From positions 1 through 64,000 of the forward strand of contig JBEUKZ010000076.1 in assembly GCA_048128005.1 (NCBI GenBank): a stretch of DNA of 64,000 nucleotides, read 5' to 3'. Under the pieces are notes generated by a model. The model ran no database searches, was not told the DNA's origin, and saw only the letters and a program-made list of their open reading frames with translations. Source of the stretch: Veleropilina oligotropha (Eukaryota). Position 1 is the stretch's first letter; each line of letters starts with the position of its first letter. Shown here piece by piece: positions 39,201-47,362 of the stretch. Made by a program: the position numbers and the translations under genes.

Positions 39201-40098
39201 AGTTTTTATTCAAGATAGCCGCCATAGGAAAGGATACAGCCCCTCGAATTATAGGCTCGAGGATTTCACAAGTTCTAATTATAACAATCAATCAGAATTG
39301 CAAAGCATGTGACATCTATCAACTGATAAGAACAATTCCCTTAATGCACGGTTTCATACTAATACCCAGGACCTATATACACCTGTTTGAAATACATTGT
39401 TCAATGAAGTGCTTTAACACAATGCAGTTGTACATGCCTTTACATGGTTGTTTGTGTTTGATTTCAGTAACATGATGAGCAACTCGCCATCTGATTCCAC
39501 AGATCCCGTGTTCGGGCTGTCGAGCAGTCTGCAGAGCCAGTTTTCTCCCAACTTCTGCGTGCACATTCTGCAAATAGTTCTGTCTAAAATCGAATTGGAT
39601 ATTGATAAATCCAACCCCATCAGTTATGAAGCATTCAAAGACATTGCAGGAGAAGAACTTCTTGCCTCTAACATTAATCTTCTACCAACAAGCAAGCTCC
39701 GATCGTATGATGGAATTTGGCAAGAAATTCAGCAGAATTTGAAGAAAAGCACGGAGAAGAATTTCGTGAGCATCTCGGAAAGCAATGTGCAATATTTACA
39801 TTTTTTAATTCAGAATCACGAATCTAGTGCTTCTGATACACCAAGCACTAGCGGAGAAGGATCGCAATGTGCAAATGATGCCATCGTCTTCACGTGTGGA
39901 CATTATTACTCTAAGAAGACTTTCCACGAAGACATCCTTACCAAATTCAATAATGAACTAACATCACCGCAGAGTTCCTTGCGTTTGCCTCAGAGTGCTG
40001 CTCTTTTCTCTCGATATTATCGCACGGATGGATTCATGCCTCTCGCATGTCCGAAGTGTGTCCTAAATGCTTTGCCAAACATTCAACAAAATATGTAA
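125..40098 (+). CDS. RCC1-repeat protein, 3' part (5' end lies before the window); 14 exons; C-terminal CGH...CxxC motif; possibly claret/GLO-4-like
   Basis: Exons 125-260, 665-819, 6158-6308, 6649-6783, 6997-7176, 7531-7638, 14546-14674, 27126-27323, 28718-28825, 29846-29953, 30720-30814, 31264-31330, 31670-31776, 39468-40098 all have AG/GT boundaries and join in one open frame. RCC1 motifs include VYSWGSSRYGQVG, VYCWGWGVHGQLG, VWTFGCGLFGQLG, IFMWGRNLDGQLG and VWCWGKNDGGQLG. AATAAA at 40101. Confidence 0.88.
665..819 (+). CDS. RCC1-repeat gene exon
   Basis: VYSWGSSRYGQVGIG...VDCGQYHSMALTADG; tag acceptor, gtgagt donor. Confidence 0.9.
1108..3602 (+). mobile_element. Helentron-type non-autonomous element (HINE/DINE-1-like), copy 1
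   Basis: 5' subterminal IR tgtccccc...gggggaca, (GTCC)n tract, internal tandem repeats of about 160-190 bp, 3' ggggaca plus hairpin gccacgtagtggc, TT ends. Confidence 0.75.
2831..3095 (+). mobile_element. tRNA-derived SINE inside HINE copy 1
   Basis: A/B-box-like head (gtggtatcgg; gggttcaaacccc), core cagttgtcc...gggatttcctcc, TTTCC tail, flanking direct repeat gaatatgggg. Confidence 0.72.
3603..5858 (+). mobile_element. Second Helentron-type non-autonomous element abutting the first
   Basis: agggcttcaag at 5' and cttgaagccct near 3', (TTA)n tract, terminal hairpin agctgctttgcagct. Confidence 0.62.
6158..6308 (+). CDS. RCC1-repeat gene exon
   Basis: VYCWGWGVHGQLGNG...SAGYCHSVILTVD; cccccag acceptor, gtaggt donor. 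Confidence 0.9.
6649..6783 (+). CDS. RCC1-repeat gene exon
   Basis: GDVWTFGCGLFGQLGLG...ATKYFHT; ttttag acceptor, gtaagt donor. Confidence 0.9.
6997..7176 (+). CDS. RCC1-repeat gene exon
   Basis: AVVTVSNKVYMWGSHP...DKIVQ; cgcag acceptor, gtgaat donor. Confidence 0.88.
7531..7638 (+). CDS. RCC1-repeat gene exon
   Basis: VSCGSFHTGVMTTAGNIFMWGRNLDGQLGIRNRQDS; tttatag acceptor, gtaggt donor. Confidence 0.88.
8477..11713 (-). pseudogene. LINE ORF2 (APE endonuclease, RT, C-terminal Cys/His), broken into four frames
   Basis: CFTETHL, GGGVAVY, VGDIN, LLDPIF, SDH (APE); KATGPDG, NYRPISLL, QSGF, FADDT (RT); CECGFHNEDSSHYFYICP. Confidence 0.9.
12373..13275 (-). CDS. LINE ORF1 (coiled coil plus RRM-like, L1 ORF1/Tnp22-like)
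   Basis: NEQYSRRSNIRLLGIPE, AHRL, PIIVKF, ITDDLT motifs; the likely ATG is internal (MTTNK). Confidence 0.8.
   Translation of the reverse strand: MNTIKRRRLFLHLLITEIIHPTMTTNKTGKSKQSSKRGRHDISSTDTSITEDLTTNELFIEIADLKGKLRVLPSLNDIRSMMDELMFTMSENIKKDIENELDDAITFRLAETENRLAELEEENTNLKKEVRTLKEQMININTSSQNAKDALLMSNNNEQYSRRSNIRLLGIPEVQDENLTKRVCEMVNEKLKIKCKEEDIVAAHRLPSRLTQYPKPIIVKFANRSKKDEITTNRRLLKGSKFVITDDLTKRNLQLLNRLKNHTDITDSWTRNGKIWGKSKSGKIIHFEIQDDINIKLFNR
14546..14674 (+). CDS. RCC1-repeat gene exon
   Basis: KIPTMIGTFEDKNVSYFHCGGEYNIAVDTDNTVWCWGKNDGGQ; cttttcag acceptor, gtaggt donor. Confidence 0.88.
16042..16257 (+). mobile_element. 5'-truncated SINE inserted in the DIRS 5' region
   Basis: 13-bp TSD TAGTTATTCTGAT (16029-16041, 16258-16270); same family as 2831 and 50543; (TCC)n tail. 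Confidence 0.85.
16531..18077. mobile_element. Non-autonomous TIR element (hAT- or P-like) inside DIRS
   Basis: TIR CAGGGCTGGACAAAT / ATTTGTCCAGCCCTG; 7-bp TSD CAACTAC; subterminal GGRCTAGT repeats. Confidence 0.85.
18145..20394 (+). CDS. DIRS gag-like ORF1
   Basis: N-terminal Cys/His cluster (C..C....D.H..C..H..C.....C..C), low-complexity middle, LLLRRDACL-type C-terminal region, basic tail; ATG at 18145. Confidence 0.85.
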   Translation: MVRCSSSGCNQKIHGFDKHTECRIHRSCSKKHQCDLCFLLSEKQWAVLSHPGKSTRATATVGPPPEKGQEETGKLRDNVSSLSASGTLDDSRRKVPSVAGSAGETSATLGGVAETLPGPQIQVTARVLTVPPQTGLVAAANHTLPASKVYLAAQRTAEQGRRSPSYSSASKNPGKVSPSAGNSPFNDGERPNEKAFKEAGHHYDGLRSGQLATPESSIETDATTPRGFPLNLEAHETFRGPVLSRAPTMVTLENVDRPAAFGEGFYGGFPTVPLSNRVVDRYGLLPQSYRSSGPLTAPSGQSFGFDRSTSALGPWSSDPPVRAARLPSATVSSTELPAVSSTPVLPQGFSLENVQAWIAAGFEEQCKAWPTAPQPRLVPTYLPLAQSTAPASVMEIDPRSDEDLGSNHSDLPESVGPEDVSLSGTQEPTSSTRRRLDAVASLRGVLGLPEPTRSAIGSAKHRTAAHRFVEREAPELPSLPQSGLVDLVVDSTTKLIQGRNPVESSPLTEFPSGFRSGRYLRASTRAIPFACTGPCLATEPAHVDAALRRLTASHTPSVAKVPWSALEAFESAARRALRLSSVQDFFLDGAIAVLQEEGPGACEAALSFLQEVAAAQETSALETGRVLGNALLLRRDACLEGTSLDEATRRSLRCVPCSAATLFGDNFTEFVDKRAADMKDRAIEKAVLHPTRGPPADSRKRSGPTRTPKPSKRAKPSSGGRPPANKPTPTRRAPPAKPRKQSGRGKPRP
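20186..22453 (+). CDS. DIRS pol: reverse transcriptase, RNase H, Dam-like methyltransferase
   Basis: FLVPKPDGRWRPILDL, IDLTDAYLH, LPFGLSSAP, YLDDWL; FTDASNDGWG, HINFLELEAV, TDNTT, HIPGKLNVRADSLSR; VDLFA...DAL...W...YAFPP. The last codons shown are MITE-derived and the true start is unclear. Confidence 0.92.
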   Translation: MPSRRRYCTLPGVHLPTRGSAQGPPGPRSLLSVRSPLRVVGLRPINPLRRGEHLQRNPVSRAGEGSLGPRAAGICDGPSCPLPPVGACLLAYSQSWLELTDSSWVHVVVSAGYKLAFNRHPTLTEAPPPRHARLLNGEKQAVLDQAVRDLLLKRAIYPAPPSTPGFYSHFFLVPKPDGRWRPILDLSHLNRYLRTEKFQQETLSKIRAAIRPGDWAASIDLTDAYLHVPMHITAHQYLRFLHGETIYQFRCLPFGLSSAPYVFTRTVQALGAFLHSLGHRVHMYLDDWLILGASRDLCLRSTSFTLSSTKRLGFQINETKSCFVPSTTFTFLGVDFDTVRYTAKPTQKRMRNLRAVIQDTLSSDITTARQLATVLGHIESVATLLPTCRMDKRPLQQAFRDRWIQRMGQWTDRIDLRHWFTNTTAVWLNPALPDQSVPISPPEPNAYLFTDASNDGWGGHLDSYETSGLWPTDLQGRHINFLELEAVYLSVRSLSSHLRNKHIMLATDNTTVVAYIQHQGGTRSRPLCDRAIDLHRLVMSLNSTIRARHIPGKLNVRADSLSRKSQIIHTEWTLHSRVARDVCRRWSQPQVDLFATDFNYRLPLYVSPYPDPAALAVDALSMTWENLSAYAFPPSCILTLVLQKASNERCEITLIAPLYRTQLWFPTLLDLIVDRPLALPQKPDLLMQPRTRVLHPSPNDLRLHPWRLSNDPLLRKDFLTQQPYASTDREGFPRQKFMTTDTGACNAPYRSSVPV
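20407..24241 (+). pseudogene. DIRS tyrosine recombinase ORF with long N-terminal part overlapping pol; interrupted by a MITE and one TGA
   Basis: Removing 22408-23269 fuses STTKVYDYR to WVKYVDWC in frame; catalytic-type motifs GRRCSEI, CPVRAL, AHEVR, GYW, KHY; in-frame TGA at 23807-23809. Confidence 0.88.
22408..23261. mobile_element. Fold-back MITE (P-like CACAGGGG ends) inside DIRS YR/pol
   Basis: About 320-bp near-perfect inverted arms plus an inner inverted segment of about 50 bp; 8-bp TSD ACTACCGA. Confidence 0.92.
25046..25136. repeat. DIRS internal complementary region (ICR)
   Basis: tggcaagag...gtaactacatat is the reverse complement of the left terminus; atgaggttttt...cttact is the reverse complement of the right terminus. 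Confidence 0.92.
26927..27088. repeat. Short palindromic MITE-like element
   Basis: ggattgaactgcagtttgatggcatttatggttgtataaatgacacccgccattccat and its exact reverse complement; TA-rich flanks. Confidence 0.8.
27126..27323 (+). CDS. RCC1-repeat gene exon
   Basis: LGIVNKEPVVHP...IDNGSG completes the GQ|LG motif across a 12.4-kb intron; ttcag acceptor, gtatgc donor. Confidence 0.82.
28718..28825 (+). CDS. RCC1-repeat gene exon
   Basis: NSEDCYEEEEIVIVIPKLAQIGDLKYNPNAIWVVLK; phase 0/0. Confidence 0.78.
29002..29303 (+). mobile_element. 3' fragment of an L2/CR1-like LINE
   Basis: RSLRS...SFAHAASTLWN..LP...SFKASLKTYLF C-terminus and (TTA)n tail. Confidence 0.65.
29305..29572 (-). mobile_element. 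Small non-autonomous Helitron-like element
   Basis: On minus: 5' TC start, (GTCT)n tract, subterminal hairpin acccg...cgggt, CTAG 3' end. Confidence 0.6.
29846..29953 (+). CDS. RCC1-repeat gene exon
   Basis: HMPHFCHYSRLVRLCIDHGDWLSVARVNIFMENYAQ; phase 0/0. Confidence 0.78.
30720..30814 (+). CDS. RCC1-repeat gene exon
   Basis: ACAFHIKSLTKYKEKVDNFEELSKKVMEYYT; phase 0/2. Confidence 0.78.
31264..31330 (+). CDS. RCC1-repeat gene exon
   Basis: (R)ALKVQNLPAHQKEDAIKQLLIV; phase 2/0, needed to keep frame between its neighbours. Confidence 0.68.
31670..31776 (+). CDS. RCC1-repeat gene exon
   Basis: IFQHWERHALTIVGLEEFFMDHSDTLGCTLGAFLF; phase 0/2. Confidence 0.75.
31852..32070 (+). mobile_element. 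Degenerate tRNA-derived SINE
   Basis: tagctcaacgggtagagcg (A box), gggttcaagcc (B box), 3' aaattgctaaaagtggtcgtaaaac. Confidence 0.5.
32503..37667 (+). mobile_element. Autonomous DNA transposon, probably Sola superfamily
   Basis: TIR GGCCCATTCTCACGAAATATGCACTTTT vs AAAGGTGCATGTTTCGTGAGAATGGACC; ATAT on both flanks (4-bp TSD, inside a TA-rich tract); single intact ORF. Confidence 0.8.
34005..36692 (+). CDS. Sola-like DDD transposase, 895 aa, with C-terminal Tudor-like domain
   Basis: CLCIHH; QMDFAENY; QITLHP; LTDSATSQYRN; WTYFEVGHGKGPCDGAGGTAKR; C-terminal GHFVVAVYDGSWYPGKI...WKWP. Confidence 0.82.
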   Translation: MPLTGAARAKRWREKQKRLNANAYHQREAARTARNFKPAEEMSVSQLATRRKRSADCMRKLRALRKQTQHDIEMQEQPVSEAHSLPCTPSGSGDTQIPDLYSSCSAQPKSDGSNRQTRRSLEMKEFDVNIETLSSEVERIPGCGDCSVSEYDTPVTRKRSKMPKIILRWQNSRKRVGKQVSNLRRRLADSEHETNIMKKRAWRAEKKLTRVQQSTKHKNAKSDSLLPTPVKVANRTLRNDGISPAKAPRARKALIMHNIITSAVNNLPNKERIKLLASQHFQRTRVAKALTKRLRINWRAIRVTDLKAKSEPTRRAMLIHLRRQKIQSFYKREDISTCLPGKRDVVRVGSERKQKYILNDYVGNAYNKYLSENPGLKISRTTFHRCRPDNVLEVRYNNRKVCLCIHHQNIALKLRVLNGLDLPKTPDAYIKTVNIDDLKKKLEDSLPDANVKFTMWKRVDVEYKGRTIKRTRLENEELSKEEFITVFLKDSTNFQAHASKVTAQYEAVRELKAKLPQNHVSVQMDFAENYTTAYQEEVQAAYYDRAQITLHPVVVHYMTNDNKLLHQTFMCVTDERSHTSSAVVTFMKEVVHEIKKLVPNLKQINYLTDSATSQYRNRTILHVVAQHEKYFDGVTASWTYFEVGHGKGPCDGAGGTAKRMADLAVKRDTPIRCAREFVDCGQREQSSMKYMLITCEQIAAVCHEFEQIEFKAIKGTMSLHAVMPVMPGVIATRSTSCFQDCCFSKEGVFKPTCPGWKEHEVVSNRKQNGCRIPMNVEAKTLPEQSSVEPAVSAIDLSLGHFVVAVYDGSWYPGKITADDNEDAEVEVDFMVATTTKVAGWKWPVQQDQLYIPKRDVLCNIAEPVASGKSKRVFHLSKDDQHNVESLMLQRQVHSS
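39468..40098 (+). CDS. RCC1-repeat gene terminal exon with putative zinc-binding motif
   Basis: atttcag acceptor, phase 2 matches the previous exon; VFTCGHYY...LACPKCV; TAA followed by AATAAA at 40101. Confidence 0.85.
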
Positions 40099-41221
40099 TG
40101 AATAAAACCCCCAAATCATGTAATGTCATAATATATAATCCAGGTCATTTTAGGGAGATACCACCTCCATAAGGGATCCTGACATTGAAGCGTTGTGGTT
40201 CCCACCATATGCAACTGTGTTATGATTATGCATACCCTTATGGGTAATATTCGGTAAGGAGTACTGCATTTAACTTCTTCACTGCGGACAATATATAGAT
40301 GTCGCCTATATGTCTAATCAATACGTATCGTACCATACACGGGCAACGTATATATACGTATATCCATGTCTCTCCTTACTTCCAAAGTTGATTCAAAATA
40401 TTTTATCATAGATAATTCTCTTTGGTGACTTTCATCTGGATACGGGAACTAATGACTCCCATGGATAATCCCATAATGAATTCAGCAGTGAATCATTTAA
40501 TAGATAATTCTGATTATGTTCAATAAGCGGCATCTTTAAGCGTTTGGCATGTTCGAAGTAAAATTAAAATCATTGTCATAATAAAAGGTTATTTTATGAC
40601 TGGTGTTAGTGCTGTAGTGTATATATTATGACAAGCTATCATGATGGTAGTTTGAAATATTAACTTTATAAAAGTTTATGAATTTGTTTTTTCATATATT
40701 GATACATATATGAATATGTAATGCTCATCATCTTGTTATATTAATATATTTTGTTGACATTGGATCTCTTTGTTGTAAATGTATCTTTTTATGAAAATAT
40801 TGTTTGAGAAATACCTGGTCTTTGTTTTGAAACTGTGCACTTGGTTAGCTAGAAACAGTGGTCATGAATGTCCCAATTAGGATATATATTGCCCAGCTCC
40901 TAACTCATCCAAGGGCTGCAGGGCACCTGTGAACCAAGTATAGAGAGGCTGCATGCAGTAGTACAGTAGTACATACTGAATTATGTTACGGCAAAGGTCG
41001 GATGAATGGACTGAAGGACATTTCCAACACTATACCTCATCCGACTTTAGTCACGGGGCATTAAAAAGTATTTCCGGTTAGAGCTGTTGTCATGTGTTAT
41101 GCCAACATTGGCACATATCCTCCTTGCTATAGATAAAAAGCACTGTGAATTCTGAATTTCAAAATGGGATGATTGCATTTATTCGTAAATTAATGAAATC
41201 CCAAAATACTTTTCCAGTAAA

Positions 41222-41991
41222 TTATTGTATTCCCTGATAACTTTCGGGGGGACACTAAGGTTTAGCGTCCACCGCCGATAGATTCCTCGAGATTGCTATA
41301 GACAGATCGTTTCTTAATGGAATGCTTTCAAATTTGGTATGTACATTGGTTAAGGTGAGGACACGACACGTGTAGATTTGGATGTGGTCCGACCTCCAAC
41401 ATGGCCACCGCTAAGACATACCTCGTGATCATTCTAGACGGGTCATTTCTTAATGGAATGTTTTCAAATTTGGTATTTTCATTGGTTGGAGTGAGGACAT
41501 GACACATAGATATTGGGTGTGATCTGACCTTCAAGATTGTCACTGTGGCCACCGCCAAGACATTTCTCGTGATACCTCTAGACAGGTCACTTCTTAATGA
41601 AATGTCAAATTTCGTAGGTTCATTGATTAGGGTGAGGATCGACACGGGCAACTGTAGAATTTGAGTGTAGTCCGACCTCTAAAATGTCCGTTTTAGCCAC
41701 CGCCGACAGGTTTGTCATGATTGCTCTAGACAGGTCATTTCTTAATGGAATGCTTTCAAACTTGGTATGTACATTGGTTATAGGGTGAGGACTCTACAAC
41801 TGTATACTTTGAGTGTGGGTCGACATCTAAATTGCCTGCCGAGAGATTCTTCATGATCGCTCTAGACAGGTCATTTTGTAATGAAAGTTGTCAAATTTGG
41901 TATATTCATTGGTTGGAGTGAGGACACGACACCTATAGATATCGGGTGTGGTATGATCTCCAAAATGGTCACTGTTGCCACCGCCGAGAGA
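41222..41991 (+). repeat. Tandem array of about five 120-160-bp units at the 5' part of a Helentron-type element
   Basis: Repeated ctagacaggtcatttcttaatggaatg..tcaaatttggtat..cattggtt...gtgaggac; related unit at about 5535-5690. Confidence 0.65.
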
Positions 41992-43402
41992 TTAAATTGT
42001 TCAATATGATGCAGTAGGATGTATTGCCCATGAGATCACTGTTAAATGGACTTGGCCTACTCCTGGAAATCGTTTAAATTGGATCACATTGTCCATTGTC
42101 TAGCACGCTGCCACAAGCATGTACTTGAGTACTAGAACAAGAGGCTATCATTACGACAATGAAACAATGACTGTAATTCACTGTGTATACATTACACTGT
42201 GTAATGCTTGTGTATACATGTAGCAACATCTTCAAGTGGGAGGTTAGTATTTACAGCCTGACTTGGTCAGATCTGTAGAACTGCGTATATATACAAGAAC
42301 TTGTTGAAGGTACAATAACGTAAAGCCAGCGTCAGTAAAGAAGAAATATACCCCGACTGTCGACTTTCCTTGCTCTCCTACAAATCAATCTTTATGAACA
42401 TTCCTGTGTTAAATTATAGTGTGGTCAAAGTTCCCAAACATCGATGTGCTTCGATATGTCATTGAAAACGACTCTCTATTGGGAATCGATTCTCAAATAT
42501 GCAAAAGCTTCATGTCTGTATACTTTGAAGAACATGCAAGATCTTCCGTGAGTCAGACTCCTCATGCTCGTGGGTAACGCGGTCCTTAAAGCTTGTGTGA
42601 TGCAGTCATGTCCCATGACACGATAATACGGTTATGGTGCCAACCAAAGTGGTCTGGGCGCCTTGAAAGCTGCTCTTAGGAGCAGGACAAGAGATCTACA
42701 CGAGGAAAATTTGTGATTCTCATCTTGTTTGGGGCAGTATCTCATATTCAGCTCTCGAAACTTCGTCTAGAGTATCCATCTCTCTTTGCCATTCACTTTT
42801 ACAATTAAGTGGAAGATATTGTTCGTCACTGGCCGGAGAAAGCAGTTTTCCCTGACGACCTGACCCCCCCCCCCCCCCCCCGCAATAATATGTCCTGACT
42901 TGAACATTAAGGTTGTAAATATACACGACATTATTTCTTGATAAATGTGTGATTGGGGTTCATTATTTTCTTCCTCATCATTTTCGCATTGCCCGTAGTA
43001 CGATGTCTCGTTGATTTATGTTGGTGATGGCCGGGTGATGCTGGAGTGATCGTTTGACAGTGATACGACTTTTGAGAGGGCTGTGCAATAAATGACGTTC
43101 GAGCTGCCAGGACGAGTTACCGATTTAGATTACATTGAGATATTCGGCTGCCGGGATGGTTTAGAAATTAAGTTACAAACCATGGTCAAAATACACAATC
43201 ATCGTGTAGGGTCGCGTTGATTAAAAAGATGAGAAATTGGATATCTACCAGATTTTTGACAGACGCAACAATATGAGTACTAATTTTCCATGGCATATTC
43301 ATTGGACATGTGTTGTATGACCATAAACCATGATGAGCTAGTATTAAAAAGTTCAACAATGATATTTGTCTGCAGTGTCAAATCTAATGAGTTGCAGATT
43401 CC

Positions 43403-45407
43403 AACAAGTGATTGCCACTAAGTGGCGATTGTCCCCCGCCCGTATTATTGACCGCATATATATTTTTGCACGCTGTGTATCAGTAACTCAATGAGAATTA
43501 AGAAATATTTCCTGCCATCAGAGGCTAAAGAGATAGATATGCACCCAGAGACTAAGTGTAAATATACTTCAAATACATAAATTAAATAATTTTCATTATT
43601 CGAACTTTATCCATCATGGTGGTTAGTTGATCTGTGAAGTTTCAGAAAGCTAACATTTCTCTAAATGGAAAAATTATTTGAGAGAAAATTGATAAATTTC
43701 ATACATCCATAGACTATGTTTTAAATCAGCAAAAGTCAGCAATAAATCAAAGTTTCAAAAATCCCCAATATTTGAACCCGATCTACCCCATGATGGGGTT
43801 AATTGATCTGTAAAGTTTCAGAAGCTAGCATCTCTGAAAATGAAATAAGTGCATGTGACAAAATTGACTACATCCATGGTTGCAGAGACTTGTAATGTAC
43901 AAAATCGCAAAAAAATCCATAAATTTAAAAAAAACATTCCCCATATTCCAAAAGGAAAAAGGAAAGGATCAATGCTTATTGCCCTGTATATGTTCAACCT
44001 ATTTAGGTTCAAACCAGGACATGTTCGCATTATTGCGGGAGGAAAGCCCGTTCGCCTGGTGAAACCCGCCCTCTTGGGCCAGTTACGGACAACTGTGATT
44101 CATAACTTTGATGTGATTAATTGATCGGTAATGTTTGAGAAGGCTAGAAAATCTCGATATGAAAAAAATTGTGAGAAAATAGATCACATCTATGGTTCCA
44201 GAGGCTATGTTCAGAAGTGCTGAAAAGTCACCAAAAAAAGAAATTCCGCGAAATTATGTGTCACCCATCCCCGTTTACTTTGAAAAGGGCCACATTTTCA
44301 GTTTGTGAAGTAACAATTCAGAAGTACTACCTATGCAGTGCTGATCCTAATATAGTTGTTGTAAAACTTAGTTTCAGAGAAACAGAAATAAAGACAAAAT
44401 CTTATTATTATATGCTCGAGATCAAATATATTTAGCAGCCAATCCATTACAAAATAGTATACCGATAATGACTAACCTTGACCAGTTGAGGAGGGTGATA
44501 TTTGACACTGGATACAGTCTGTTCTTGTTATAGCAATATATACTGCCATCTCAAGATACCCATGGATTAAACCAATGGGGATGCCAGTTTTCAAAATCCA
44601 TCTGATTTTGATAATTCCAGCTTCTCAGAGTGACCATTAAGCCTATCGGCAGTGAGCAAGTCGTACAGATAAGCATATGTCCCCTAAATTTCATCATACA
44701 AACATAATACGTACATATTATATCTGCTTCCTTTCTACCCTCAATATTTCAAGGCATAATTAAACTTTTCAGAATAACTGCTATTATAGTGTGTAGGCAT
44801 AACAAAAATAAATCATGTAACTGCTTCATAATTTTTGGGGGGCGGGGGGGGGCAGCATGAGGGGTGGGGGTGGGGTAGAGGTGCGACAAATCGGAAGGAC
44901 ATGTATGTGCCTCCATCAGCTCAGTTTCAGAAAGCTACCATTTCTCTAAATGAAAAAAAAGATGTGAGAAATAGACCACAGCCATGCTTCCAGAGACTAT
45001 GTTTAAAATTGCCGAAAATCACCAAAAAAACAAATTTTTAAAATAAGATCACAATATTCGAACTTGATATACCCAATGATGTGGTTAGTAAATCTGCAAA
45101 GTTTCAGAAAGGTAGTATTTCTCTAAATGGATAAAAACAATGTCAGAAATTGACCATATCCATGCTTCCAGAGGCTATGTTCAAATTCGCCGAAAAGTCG
45201 CCAACAAAACAAAAGTTTTCAAAATAAATTTCCAATATTCGAACTCGATCTACTCAATGATGTGGTTAGTTCATCTGTAAAGTTTCGGAAAGCTCGCATT
45301 TTTCTAAATAGCAATAAAAGATGTGAGAAAATCCGGGACGGACGCACGGACGGAAAGACGCACGAATGCGGATTCTATGTCCCCCGACAGGCGGCGGGGG
45401 ACAATAA
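43403..45407 (-). mobile_element. Helentron-type non-autonomous element, copy 2 of the family at 1108-3602
   Basis: Reverse-complement similarity along its length, including both termini and the embedded SINE 3' part (about 43948-44110). Confidence 0.8.
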
Positions 45408-45976
45408 GCATATCTCTCGACGGCCATTGTTATCATATTTGAACATAATATTATGATGATCCGACTACAGACACGACTGATATAAGAATGTAAAAATGTG
45501 GACGCAAATTAGACTGATTCAAATCAAATTAAAATCATTTGATAGGGAAAACAATTTAATTAAGCATCCAAATACACGACAGCTATATAATATATTAAGG
45601 TTATGTTATAACGCCATGCTTCTTCGCTTTTTTAGTAAGAAACTAATTTAACGTATTGGTAACTTATCAAAAACCTCAAGGAGGGTGAGAACGTTGCTTC
45701 CAGTTTATTCGTACCGTCAAATACAATGAAGTTAACAGTCACATAAATGGATGGGCATGACGTGTCTCCTCTGGTGATCTGACTTTCCTTTCGCGCTGAT
45801 ATGAATATTTTTTGGTATGACTCATATTGGTGCAAAATGGACCTACAACAATCCAATCTAAAACATTATCAAATGGTCCACTTATCTAAGTGTACGTACA
45901 GCAAACTGATAAAACGTCGTCATTTGGACAGATGGTACATTCGCATTTCGGACATTTATTTAAGCTTACAGTGAAA

Positions 45977-46534
45977 ATGTCGCCAATTGTGTTGTTGTTG
46001 TGTATATGTGCTGTGTCTGCAAAGAATCTGCGGAATTATGGAGGAGCCGTGGTGAACACTTATCATTCCGGTAACACGGTCTCGAGCGTTCAAGACAAAC
46101 TACAAAAGCTCGAAGACGACTACACCCACCAAGAAAAAAGAGTGCAAGCATTGGAACATGACAATGCTGATGTTTGTACTAAAATCGAAGCGCAAAAAGC
46201 AGACATTGCAGCCCTTCGGGCAGACCTTAAGAAACTGCAGGACGCCATCCACAAGAGGGAACATGATTCGAATGCCGATTCCACTCGCGTGACCACGGAG
46301 ATAAGCGGTGTTCAAACTCTGCTTTCAGACCTAGCGTCCAATGTAGCGAAGGTGACAAAAGATATCACCACTCTGAAGTCGCAAGGTATCGGTCAGATTA
46401 CGGACACCAGTTCATTGGATAGCAAATTTAAGAATCTGGAGAAGCATGTGGAACAGCTGAACCAGGCGTCCATTACTTATGTCGACAGTTTGTTCGGTAA
46501 GCTGAAGAAAGTCGCAGATGCAAAATTGCATTAA
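45977..46534 (+). CDS. Secreted coiled-coil protein A (185 aa, unknown function)
   Basis: Signal peptide MSPIVLLLCICAVSA; heptad pattern; acceptor cttacag 5 nt before the ATG; AG|GTAAGT donor 2 nt after the TAA; paralog immediately downstream. Confidence 0.82.
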   Translation: MSPIVLLLCICAVSAKNLRNYGGAVVNTYHSGNTVSSVQDKLQKLEDDYTHQEKRVQALEHDNADVCTKIEAQKADIAALRADLKKLQDAIHKREHDSNADSTRVTTEISGVQTLLSDLASNVAKVTKDITTLKSQGIGQITDTSSLDSKFKNLEKHVEQLNQASITYVDSLFGKLKKVADAKLH

Positions 46535-46768
46535 AGGTAAGTGAATGTTAACTGGAAAATAATCTAATTTTGAATCCTTATATGTATTATAAGATGTTTC
46601 GGATATTTTCTTTTTCCTGTGTAACTCATAAATATTATTTCATTCTCTATCGTATTCATGCAAGGTTAAAGTATTTTGATAGTGGTCACTCGGTATAGTA
46701 ATGGTTCAACGGTTGCTTATCTGACCAAAGCCAACTGTTCCATTCCCAGTTCTGACTACTGTGCGGAT

Positions 46769-47362
46769 ATGGCAGCTCGATTGACAATCGTTGTGGGTTT
46801 GCTATTTTTCCTTACGGTAGGATACACCGATGCTTACTATGGACAGATAGTGCACTATTCGATTGGATCGGGTTCGGGTTTCAGCGAAGGAGTAACTGAT
46901 AAGGAAATGGCAGATTTTCAAGCGAAATTCGACATCATTAAAATTAGACATGCAAAGCAGGCGGCTAAAATGACAAGTTTGGAAAGTAAGAACGCTGATC
47001 TGAAAAGTAAATATGGCAGCCAACAGCACGAAATTGAAGAACTTCGCAAAAATGTCAAACTGTTGACGAAAATTATAAACAAACAGGAAACAGATGCCAA
47101 GAGTGACTGTGCAATTGTTGATGACAATATTAAAGGTATGCAGAAGAATCTAGCCGGCGTTGCTGTGAAGGGAGCTGACATAGCGACAGAAGTTAGCGGT
47201 GTGTCGTCTGCTCTCCTGCAGAAGATAGTCGGAATTTCGAATTTGAACAGCAGACTAGACCACATCAAGGCTCATATCGAAGAACTGTCTCAGCAGAACG
47301 TCCAATACGTCGACAATGTGTTCGGCAAGATTAAGAAAGCCCTGATCAGAAATAAAGGAAAG
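46769..47362 (+). CDS. Secreted coiled-coil protein B (paralog of A); probably splices to 48866 (unspliced stop at 47380)
   Basis: Signal peptide MAARLTIVVGLLFFLTVGYTDA; gap-free 117-aa alignment to A; acceptor ttcccag at 46749; donor AAG|GTAACT at 47363. Confidence 0.8.

Noticed and set aside
41222..41991. Regularly spaced repeats, CRISPR-like at first glance
   Set aside because: Whole units are degenerate tandem copies with no unique spacers; eukaryotic context, no cas genes
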